From an uncultured cyanobacterium (GTDB taxonomy: Bacteria > Cyanobacteriota > Cyanobacteriia > Cyanobacteriales > Nostocaceae), in assembly GCA_963706595.1 (NCBI GenBank), contig OY970166.1, forward strand, positions 3,040,001 to 3,104,000: DNA of 64,000 nucleotides, written 5' to 3'. Positions 45,569-55,300 of the stretch are shown in pieces. The translations under genes were made by a program, and so were the position numbers. A model generated the notes under the pieces. That model had not been told where the DNA came from and did no database searches. It saw nothing but the letters and a program-made list of their open reading frames with translations. The first letter of the stretch is position 1, and each line of letters starts with the position of its first letter.

Positions 45569-46591
45569 ATGGAAAACCCAAAACCGAAGATTGTAGTCAT
45601 TACCCCTGTAAAGAATGAAGCTTGGATTTTAGATCGCTTTTTAGCTGTCACAAGTGAATTTGCTGATCATATAATTATTGCCGACCAAAATTCCATTGAT
45701 GGTAGCCAGGATATTTGTCATAAATATCCTAAAGTTATACTGATTGAAAACAAATCAGAAAAATTCAACGAATCAGATCGGCAGTTATTATTGATTCAAG
45801 CAGCCAGAGATTTAGTGCCAGAACATAAAATCATTTTGGCTTTGGATGCTGATGAAATTCTAGCAGCTAATGCCATCCATACTCAAAGCTGGCAAGCAAT
45901 GCTCAAAGCCAAGCCAGGAACGGTGTTATTTTTTGAAAAACCAGATTTATTTGTCACAACTAATCAATGTTTAAGAACTGGTATTTTGACACCCTTGGGT
46001 TATGTCGATGATGGCGCAGAACATCAGCCACAAAAAATTCATAGTGTGAGAATTCCCATGCCTGAATATGCTACCAGATTACATATTCATGACATCAAGG
46101 TGATGCACTATGCTGTAACTCGTTTGGATGCTCATGCCTCGAAATTACGTCTTTATAGTGTAATCGAAAATGTCTTAGAAGTTGGTCATCCTTTAGGCAG
46201 GCGATCGCGCTATCCTTCCAAACCTGATTATTTAAGTCTAGGCAAATTAGAAACTGCTGCCCAGGAGTGGTTTACAGGTTGGGAAGAACGGGGAATTGAT
46301 ATGCATACAATTATCAAAGAAAAGTATTATCACTACGATTTTGAAGTGCTGCGTTATTTTCATAAATACGGGATTCAACGCTTTTGGATGGAAGATATTT
46401 GGGCTTATGACTGGGAAGCGTGCCGTCAATATGCTCAATCAATAGGTATGAGTAATATCCCTGATTATCAAATACCCAGAACATCTAAAAGCATAGATTT
46501 AATGAGAATTGTGGATGTCACAATGTCAATGAGTACTCAATCTTATAAATATCTGGCTTCAGTTCTCAAACCCTCAATGAAATTGGGTTAA
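45569..46591 (+). CDS. GT2 glycosyltransferase
   Basis: TPVKNEA, DQNSIDGS, LDADE. Confidence 0.88.
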   Translation: MENPKPKIVVITPVKNEAWILDRFLAVTSEFADHIIIADQNSIDGSQDICHKYPKVILIENKSEKFNESDRQLLLIQAARDLVPEHKIILALDADEILAANAIHTQSWQAMLKAKPGTVLFFEKPDLFVTTNQCLRTGILTPLGYVDDGAEHQPQKIHSVRIPMPEYATRLHIHDIKVMHYAVTRLDAHASKLRLYSVIENVLEVGHPLGRRSRYPSKPDYLSLGKLETAAQEWFTGWEERGIDMHTIIKEKYYHYDFEVLRYFHKYGIQRFWMEDIWAYDWEACRQYAQSIGMSNIPDYQIPRTSKSIDLMRIVDVTMSMSTQSYKYLASVLKPSMKLG

Positions 46592-46633
46592 AAACTTAAT
46601 TGCATACTCCTACCCAAAGATAAAGATTTGAAT

Positions 46634-47641
46634 ATGAATAACATCAATTCTGGTCGATTAGAGAACGAGCCTCTTGTCAGTGTGATTATCCCAACTTATA
46701 ATCGGGCGGAGTATCTTCAGCAGGCGATCGCCAGTGCAATTAATCAGACTTATCAAAATATTGAAATCATTGTTTCAGATAACTGTAGTCCAGAAAATCC
46801 CCAAGAAATTATCGAAGCTTTTAAAGATACACGCATTCGCTTTTGGCGACAACCGCAAAATCTAGGGATGATTGCCAATCAGATGCACGCCTTCAAAATG
46901 GCCAAAGGTAAATATGTTGCTAGTCTCCACGATGATGATATGTGGAATCAAGACTTTTTAGCCAAACTTGTACCACCATTAGAAGCAAATTCTGATTTAA
47001 TTCTGGCTTTTTGTGATCAATATATTATCGATGCAAATAGCAGAATTCAAGATGATAAAACCCAAATAAATACCCATAGTTACAAGCGAGATCAACTTGC
47101 CCCAGGAGTCCATCAACCTTTCTATCAAATTGGGTTAATAGATAAAAGTATCGCCACTGCTGCCGCTTGCGTGATTCGCAATAACTTAATTGATTGGGAT
47201 AGTATTCCCGCAGAAATTGGTGGTATGTGGGACTTGTATTTAACTTACCTCTGCTGTATGTCCGGTTATGGTGCTTACTATAGCCCAGAAAAACTGACAT
47301 TATATCGAGAACATGAGCAGACCGACACTCAGCTTAGTGGTAGTAGAAATGTGCAGGCAAAAATCCGCAAAGCCCAAAGTGAAATGTTCTGTTACAAAAT
47401 CTTTATCGAAGATTCTCGGATACAAGAATTCCAAACCCATTTTCAAAATAAATGGTTAGAATCTCAGACAACTTTAGGCATTGGTTTACTGCGAAATCAA
47501 CAGATAGTATCAGCCCGTTCTTATCTTTGGCAAGCCCTGAAAAAGCAAAAATTCAATCTCCGAACCATCGTAGCCCTTACTCTCAGCTTTACCCCCAAAA
47601 TTTTAGCTGAACAATTACTTAGAATCCCAAAATCAAGCTAA
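46634..47641 (+). CDS. GT2 glycosyltransferase
   Basis: VSVIIPTYNR, SDNCS, LHDDD. Confidence 0.92.
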   Translation: MNNINSGRLENEPLVSVIIPTYNRAEYLQQAIASAINQTYQNIEIIVSDNCSPENPQEIIEAFKDTRIRFWRQPQNLGMIANQMHAFKMAKGKYVASLHDDDMWNQDFLAKLVPPLEANSDLILAFCDQYIIDANSRIQDDKTQINTHSYKRDQLAPGVHQPFYQIGLIDKSIATAAACVIRNNLIDWDSIPAEIGGMWDLYLTYLCCMSGYGAYYSPEKLTLYREHEQTDTQLSGSRNVQAKIRKAQSEMFCYKIFIEDSRIQEFQTHFQNKWLESQTTLGIGLLRNQQIVSARSYLWQALKKQKFNLRTIVALTLSFTPKILAEQLLRIPKSS

Positions 47642-47697
47642 ATTATTGATTTTAATCAAGTTGGCGGGAATAAATCTAACTATATGAAACAATGCCA

Positions 47698-47904
47698 GAG
47701 GTTATTTTAAAAGTGTGTGGCTGTGATTTTAGGGACTTAATAATCCCCCCTAGCCCTCCTTGAAAAGGGGAGAATTAGAATCAAAGTCCCTCTTCATAAG
47801 GGGAGCCAGTGCGGTCTTGGGGGTTTCCCCCATGAGCAACTGGCGTGGATTTAGGGGAATCTAGAATGTTTTGCTACCAACAATAAGACTTTTCAAATAT
47901 TCTC
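47698..47904. mobile_element. MITE related to the 11222 element, with internal REP hairpins
   Basis: gaggttattttaaaagt ... acttttcaaatattctc termini. Confidence 0.6.
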
Positions 47905-47965
47905 TTAATTAAGGACTAAAGTCCTGAATACAAAACTTAAACACCATTAACAATAGAGGGAATAA

Positions 47966-49201
47966 ATGGAAATTTGCATTGTTACCCACACCGTACAAAA
48001 AGGCGATGGTCAGGGTAGAGTTAACTACGAAGTTGCCCAAGAAGCAATTCGTCGCGGTCATCACCTGACATTATTAGCTAGTCATGTAGCTTCAGAACTA
48101 CAGCAAAACCCCCAAGTGAACTGGGTTCCTATTTCTATTAAAGGATGGCCGACCGAATTTATTCGCAACCTGATATTTTCCTTTAAAAGTACAACTTGGT
48201 TGCGGAAACATCACGCTGAACTTGACATAGTAAAAGTAAATGGGGCAATTACCCATGCTTCTGGAGATGTGAATGCAGTACATTTTGTGCATAATTCTTG
48301 GCTGAAATTCACCTCTAGGAAAACTCAAACAAAGTCTCGGAAATTTGGCTATGACTTTTACCAGTGGCTATACACAACTTTAAATGCACACTGGGAAAAA
48401 CAAGCTTTTCAAAAAGCGCAAGTAGTAGTAGCAGTTTCTGATAAAGTTGCCCAGGATTTAAGAGAAATAGGTGTACCCCCAGAGTCAATCAAAGTAGTTT
48501 TAAACGGCGTTGATTTACAGGAATTCTCCCCAGGAATCAGCGACCGCCAAGAATGGCAACTTCCTGAAGGCGTACCCTTAGCACTGTTTGCAGGTGATAT
48601 CAGACTGGCGCGCAAAAACTTAGATACAGTTTTACAAGCTTTAGTAGAAGTTCCTGAGTTACATCTCGCCGTAGCCGGAAATACTCAAGGAAGTCCCTAT
48701 CTTCAACTAGCAGAATCATTGGGATTGCGTGAACGGGTACATTTTTTGGGACAGAGGTCCGATGTTCCAGAACTGATGAAAGCGGTAGATTTCTTGGTTT
48801 TTCCCTCACGTTACGAACCGTTTGGCTTAGTGGTGATTGAAGCGATGGCTTCTGGTTTACCTGTAATTACAGCTAGTTCCACTGGTGCAGCCGATTTGGT
48901 AACGCCAGAATCAGGAATAGTTTTGTCAGACTCTGACGATGCTGAGGCTTTGACACAAGCAATGCGGTTATTAACAAGCGATTGCGCGGAGCGCTGTGCC
49001 GGAGGCGATCGCACCTTGTGCCAACAAATGGGAAAAGCCGCGCGTTCAGTCGCCGAACAACATAGCTGGACGAAGATGGCACAAACTTATCTGGATTTAT
49101 TTGAGGAGTTAATTAATCATGAGGAATACAGTTCTCATCCCCACCTATCGTCGTCCTCTGGATCTATCACGCTGCCTTTTGGCACTGCAAGCCCAAACTA
49201 A
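47966..49201 (+). CDS. GT4 glycosyltransferase
   Basis: RKNLD, PSRYEPFGLVVIEAMASG. Confidence 0.92.
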   Translation: MEICIVTHTVQKGDGQGRVNYEVAQEAIRRGHHLTLLASHVASELQQNPQVNWVPISIKGWPTEFIRNLIFSFKSTTWLRKHHAELDIVKVNGAITHASGDVNAVHFVHNSWLKFTSRKTQTKSRKFGYDFYQWLYTTLNAHWEKQAFQKAQVVVAVSDKVAQDLREIGVPPESIKVVLNGVDLQEFSPGISDRQEWQLPEGVPLALFAGDIRLARKNLDTVLQALVEVPELHLAVAGNTQGSPYLQLAESLGLRERVHFLGQRSDVPELMKAVDFLVFPSRYEPFGLVVIEAMASGLPVITASSTGAADLVTPESGIVLSDSDDAEALTQAMRLLTSDCAERCAGGDRTLCQQMGKAARSVAEQHSWTKMAQTYLDLFEELINHEEYSSHPHLSSSSGSITLPFGTASPN

Positions 49202-50048
49202 ACCCGTTGATCAAGTAATTTTGGTAGTTCGGGATACGGATACAGAAACTTGGGAATTTCTCGCTGAATTCAATTCCCAAAACTTACCACTGCAAACTGT
49301 GCAGGTAACACAAACGGGTGTAGTAGCAGCACTCAATGCCGGATTAGCAGCAGTAGAAGGAGACATTTTTTCTATTACTGATGATGATGCTGCACCTCAT
49401 CCTGATTGGTTAGAAAAAATCAATGCACACTTTATTGCTGATAGTTGTATTGGTGGTGTTGGTGGTCGTGATTGGGTACATTACGGCGACAAAATCGAGG
49501 ACGGTCAAGAGCCGATAGTTGGTAAGTTGCAGTGGTTCGGGCGGGTAATTGGTAATCATCATCTCGGAGTTGGAAAACCCCGTGAAGTTGATGTTCTCAA
49601 AGGTGTAAACATGAGTTTTCGGACTCAAGCAATCGGGCAGTTACAATTTGATCAAAGAATGCGGGGTACGGGAGCGCAGGTACATTTTGAAATGGCATTT
49701 ACTCTAAGTTTAAAACGGGCTGGTTGGAAGATGATTTATGATCCACAGGTGGCGGTAGACCACTATCCAGCCCAACGTTTTGATGAAGACCAACGCCATA
49801 ATTTTAATGAAATTGCTTTTATTAATTTAGTTCATAATGAAACTTTGGTTTTATTAGAACATTTGCCGCGATCGCGCCATATTGTATTTTGGCTTTGGGC
49901 AGTATTAGTCGGAACACGAGAAAATTTAGGTTTAATACAATGGCTAAGACTTTTACCAAGTCAAGGTAAACTTGCCGGACAAAAATTCCTAGTCTCCTGG
50001 CGTGGACGTGGGCAAGCACGGAAAGAATTCGTAATTCGTAATTCGTAG
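49119..50048 (+). CDS. GT2 glycosyltransferase
   Basis: VLIPTYRR, TDDDA, GVNMSFR; GAGGAG RBS. Confidence 0.92.
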   Translation: MRNTVLIPTYRRPLDLSRCLLALQAQTKPVDQVILVVRDTDTETWEFLAEFNSQNLPLQTVQVTQTGVVAALNAGLAAVEGDIFSITDDDAAPHPDWLEKINAHFIADSCIGGVGGRDWVHYGDKIEDGQEPIVGKLQWFGRVIGNHHLGVGKPREVDVLKGVNMSFRTQAIGQLQFDQRMRGTGAQVHFEMAFTLSLKRAGWKMIYDPQVAVDHYPAQRFDEDQRHNFNEIAFINLVHNETLVLLEHLPRSRHIVFWLWAVLVGTRENLGLIQWLRLLPSQGKLAGQKFLVSWRGRGQARKEFVIRNS

Positions 50049-50071
50049 TTCGTAGTTCGTAATTCGTAATT
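50028..50071. repeat. STRR heptamer tract (TTCGTAA/G)x6
   Basis: ttcgtaattcgtaattcgtagttcgtagttcgtaattcgtaa. Confidence 0.85.
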
Positions 50072-50126
50072 AAGAAGGTTTTGTTTTCGGATCTCTCATT
50101 TAAAATATAGAGTTGGTAGATTCATA

Positions 50127-51588
50127 GTGATTTCTAAACAAATACATTTCAATGCTTTTTCAGAATCACAGTTTTTTCCCCAAGAGCGATCGCTACAGGG
50201 TTGGCTAGCTATTGTCGGCTTTTTATTACTGAACGTAGTTTGCTATTTTGCCGGTGCTGCTAGTTTATTGCGCTTAGTTTACCCGGTGACAGCTTTAGCG
50301 GTAGCGATATTTTTATACTTACGCCATCCCATTCTTTATATCGGCTTTACTTGGTGGATATGGTTCCTGACACCCTTAGCCACTCGCTTAGTTGACTATC
50401 GCATTGGCTGGGACCCCAGCCGTCAGATGCTTGTAGCACCCTATTTAGTAGTATTTGTGACAATAGGGACTTTTTTACGCCATTCTCCTCGCGCTTCCAC
50501 CCAGGGAGGATTACCGTTTATTTTGGCGTTTATTGGCGTGTTTTATGGTTTTTTAGTGGGTCTAGTTTACAATGCGCCGCTTCCTGTCGCCAGGGGTTTT
50601 TTGGATTGGCTGAGTCCCATTATCTTCGCTTTTCACTTATTTAGAAACTGGCGAGACTATCCCAGCTACCGCCAGAATCTGCAACGTATATTTCTCTGGG
50701 CTGTGTTGATTTTAGGCATTTATGGCATTTATCAATTCGTGGTAGCACCAGAGTGGGATAGATACTGGCTGATAGAATCCAAAATGTTTACGAGTTCGGG
50801 AGATCCTGAACCTTTTGGAATGCGGGTGTGGAGTACTTTACACTCGCCCGGACCTTTTGCCTATGTGATGCAAACAGGTTTATTACTATTATTTACAAGT
50901 TCGGGAACGTTAATTTTTCCCGCCTCAGCAGTTGGTTACGTGTCGTTTTTGTTGACACAAGTACGCACTAGTTGGTTGGGTTGGTTGCTAGGAGTAGTAA
51001 TGATTTTTGGCTCCGTGAAGGAGCATATTCAAATGCGGTTAATTGCCATCATTTTAATCATGTTAATGTGTGTTGTGCCATTGGCAACCATTGAGCCGAT
51101 TTCTGATGTTGTTACCGAGCGTTTGGAAAGTTTTACTAATTTAGAAAAAGATACTAGCTTTAAAGATAGATCGGGAAGCTATGACAGAAATTTAAGTTTA
51201 GCCCTTTCTAATGTTTTAGGTAATGGGTTAGGAAATATTTGGAAAGTCAATGAAAAAACTGGTCAATTAGAAGTTTTTGTGCTTGATAGCGGCATTTTAG
51301 ATATGTTTTTTACCCTGGGCTGGTTGGGTGCAATACCTTATCTTGGTGGGTTAATTTTAGTGATAGTCAGCGTACTTAAATATAGTGAAGCCCATTTTGA
51401 TAGTTTTGTCAGCGCCGCCCGCGCAATTGGTCTGAGGTACTTGTGTGCAGTTAGTTGGCAATAGTGCGATGCTGAGTATACCAGGTATGATTCTTTGGGG
51501 ATTTTTAGCTATGGCTATGGCCGCCCACAAGTACTATGAGCATCAAAGAATCAATACCTTTGTTGAAGAAGTAATGAACCACCGATAA
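50127..51588 (+). pseudogene. O-antigen ligase/Wzy-like membrane protein; frameshift near 51436
   Basis: Multi-TM, RVWSTLHSPG, LTQVRTSW; +1 frame continues TCVQLVGNSAMLSIPGMILWGFLAMAMAAHKYY to a stop at 51588. Confidence 0.8.
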
Positions 51589-51966
51589 GGGACTAAAAAA
51601 TCAAATAATTATTTGTAGGGTGGGTTAGGAGGCTAGTCCGTAACCCACAATTATCCTGAAGTTTATGGTGGATTAAGCGATCGCTTTCCCCGACTACAAT
51701 TTTTGGGTAATTTATTTTTTGGTGTTCCCTAAACGCCGATAAATGCTTAGTGTTCAGCCACCAATTGGCCTTTAAATCCCGGAGATTTGAGTGATGAATT
51801 GCAAATTTATCTGATAAATGTGTCGGTGGAACGTTTCTCGAAGAACCCCACCCCCAACCCCCTCCCCGCAAGCGAGGAGGGGGCTATGATCGCGATCGCT
51901 ATTTGGAATTTGGAATTGAGTTTATTATTTGGTAGAATTGCTTCCAGCCGGGCGTAGGCGATCGCC

Positions 51967-52167
51967 TTATTTCTCTTCATCCTCTCGGCGGCTAATCTGT
52001 TGCAGTACGGGAATGCACTGGTTAATTAGCCAAATCAGCGTTTCTGTCACCGAGTCACCTTGTTGAATGCGGTCTGTAGCTTGGATACCAGCTAGTAGAA
52101 CTTTTAAACTTAGCAACACAGCTATTAATTTTTGATTGCGGCGGGAAGTAGATTTCTTAGCTGACAT
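51967..52167 (-). CDS. Small hypothetical protein divergent from the NACHT gene
   Basis: 66 aa, basic N-terminus plus hydrophobic helix; AGGTG RBS before ATG 52167. Confidence 0.6.
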   Translation of the reverse strand: MSAKKSTSRRNQKLIAVLLSLKVLLAGIQATDRIQQGDSVTETLIWLINQCIPVLQQISRREDEEK

Positions 52168-52326
52168 TTGATTCACCTATGTGGTTGACTAGGTGAATTA
52201 TTTTTTTGGGTGTTTCCCCAGACACGTTACCCATGCAATGTCTATAATGCTTGTATCACTTAGGTTTGCAGCTTGGGGAAACTTATTTGTTTGGGTAATG
52301 CTAGTTTCTTAAGATTGTCTTTATAA

Positions 52327-55300
52327 ATGCCAAGGAATATTTGTTGGGATGAATCGGTTTTAGAGAATGTGCTGATTTTGGTAGAAGCTTTAATGCAACT
52401 GTCTGAACTGCAACCTGAAAACTTACAACCAAAACCTCCACTTTATGTTCAGTGGGAAGCTGATAATAAACTGCGCGTTACAGGATACGAAACCAAACCG
52501 ACACGAGGAAAAATAGCTAGAACAGTTGAAGTTGGCACAAAGAAGGAACACTTACTCAAGCTTGTGACAACGGTAGGTAAAACCTTAAAACTGCGTCAGC
52601 GCCGAAAAGGACCTGTTAGAAGTCAGCTAGAAAGAGAATTGGAAGAAGTGCAATATTTTTTCGACAGTCTCAGAGAATTGAAACTGATAGATAAATTCAT
52701 ACAGAAGCAAGGTTATTGGAAATTTACGCTGACGCTGAAACATCAAACTGCATCAAAGCAAGAGAATTTGCAGGTGGTGAAGCAGAAGTGGAACGAACAC
52801 CCCAAGACAAAAGCAACTTCTCAGATTATCCTAACCACTGATACAAGCATTGACTGGCGCGATATTTGCCACAAAAGGCTGGAAAAGCAGCAAGAAGATG
52901 CACAACTCAGACACAAAGCCACAGAGAAAGGTTTTGAAGTCAATGTTTATGTTCCTTTAGGACTGGTGGAACGCAAACAGCAGCAACGCCGAGGTGAACA
53001 CGAACAGCGAGAACAAGAAAATCCCTATGCATTAGATAAAGAAGTCATTGTCAAAACTTATGAACGTGGCGACTTTCTTCTACAAGTGATTGGACAAAAA
53101 CCAGCCGGAAATCACAAGCATATTGCCATCATCGGAGAACCAGGTGCAGGTAAGACAACTTTATTAACTAATATCGCCTCTTTTATTAAAGACACATCTG
53201 AAGATTTACCTATCTTTATATCTCTTGCTAACTTGCAAGGAAAGACTATTGAAGACTATTTACTCAAAATCTGGCTGACTGAAGCCATGAGATTAGTTAA
53301 AGTTGTCGTCACTCCAGAAATTGAAGATCAGTTAATCGAACGCTTTAGGAAAGGAGGGGTTTGGCTGCTGTTAGATGGTGTAGATGAAATGGGTGAGAAT
53401 TCTCCCATCCAAGCATTAAGCAAAATTAATCAAGCACTCAAACAATTGCCGATAGAGGTGCGGGTGGTGCTGACTTGTCGGTTAAATGTTTGGGATGCCA
53501 ATGTTAATAATACACTTACAGGTTTTGACATCTATAAAACCCAAGAATTTAAACCAGAGCAAATTGACGACTTCATTCAGCAATGGTTTACTTGTGCCGA
53601 AAAGCAACAGCGCGGTGAAGAACTTAAGGCGAAATTAAAAGCACCTAAATATGAAAAAATCTGTAAATTGGTAACAAATCCTTTGCGTTTGGCGCTGTTG
53701 TGTCAAACTTTCTATCTGGATAAGCAAGGAGAATTACCAGAAACTAAAGCCGCCCTTTATCAGAGATTTACCCGCTATTTCTATGAGTGGAAACCTGAAC
53801 AATTTTGTGAGTTGATTAACTCTGATGATGTGAAGGATGAATTACACAAAGCTTTAAGTAAATTAGCTTTTGCAGGTATTAACAGTGCGGCTAGATTTCG
53901 CTTGAAGCGGAGTTTAGCACGGCAACAAATGGGTGAAAAGCTGTTTAAATTAGCTTGTGATGTCGGTTGGTTGAATTTAGTAGACAGGTTAGCGGGAACA
54001 GATGAAGAAGTTTATGCTTTCTTTCATCCCAACTTTCAGGAATACTTTGCAGCGTTAAAGGTTAAGGATTGGCGCGAGTTTTTTAAACCTATTCCCAAAA
54101 AACCTACGCCAGATGTTTACCGCATTTTTGAACCGCAGTGGAAGGAAGTAATTTTGCTGTGGTTGGGAAGAGAAGATGTAGAGCCGAGAGAGAAAGAGGC
54201 GTTTATTAAAGCGTTGGTGGAATTTGATGACCAATGTGGAGATTGGAGCAATATTCATCAAGTAAGACATGGATATTATGAATTTAGAGCTTATTTTCTT
54301 GCTGCTGCGGGTATTACAGAGTTTAAATATTTCCAAGCAAAGGAAATAGTTGAACAAATCCTTAGATGGGGATTTGGTAAGTTCGATATTGCGAAACAGC
54401 AATGGGTGACATTTCTTTACCCAATTGCAAACGGAATAAAAGCAGCACTCCTACAAACAGAACGCGCAACAGCCATTGATGCCTTGGTGAAGTTAATCAC
54501 CGACTCCAATGTGGATGACTCTACCAAATACTACGCGGCATCTAGCTTAGGGCAAATTGGCTCTGGCAACCAAACAGCCATTGATGCCTTGGTGAAGTTA
54601 ATCGCCGACTCCAATGTGGATAATAATACCAAACACCAAGCGGCATCTAGCTTAGGGCAAATTGGCTCTGGCAACCAAACAGCCATTGATGCCTTGGTGA
54701 AGTTAATCGCCGACTCCAATGTGGATAATAATACCAAATACTACGCGGCATCTAGCTTAGGGCAAATTGGCTCTGGCAACCAAACAGCCATTGATGCCTT
54801 GGTGAAGTTAATCACCGACTCCAATGTGGGTAACTATACCAAATACTACGCGGCATCTAGCTTAGGACAGATTCACCCAGGCAACCAAACAGCCATTGAT
54901 GCCTTGGAGAAGTTAATTGCCAACTCCAATGTGGATAACTATACCAAATACTACGCGGCATCTAGCTTAGGGCAAATTGACCCACGCAACCAAACAGCCA
55001 TTGATGCCTTGGTGAACTTCATCGCCGACTCCAATGTGGATAACTATACCAAATACTACGCGGCATCTAGCTTAGGGCAAATTGGCTCTGGCAACCAAAC
55101 AGCCATTGATGCCTTGGTGAAGTTACTCGCCGACTCCAATGTAGATAACTATACCAAACACAAAGCGGCATTTAGCTTAGGGCAAATTGGCTCTGGCAAC
55201 CAAACAGCCATTGATGCCTTAGTGAAGTTAATCGCCGACTCCAATGTGGATAACTATACCAAATACTACGCGGCATCTAGCTTAGGGCAGATTGATCCAC

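Noticed and set aside
49119..49201. 83-nt overlap of two glycosyltransferase genes as a frameshift
   Set aside because: Both domains are complete and the second gene has its own RBS; this looks like a simple C-terminal run-on.
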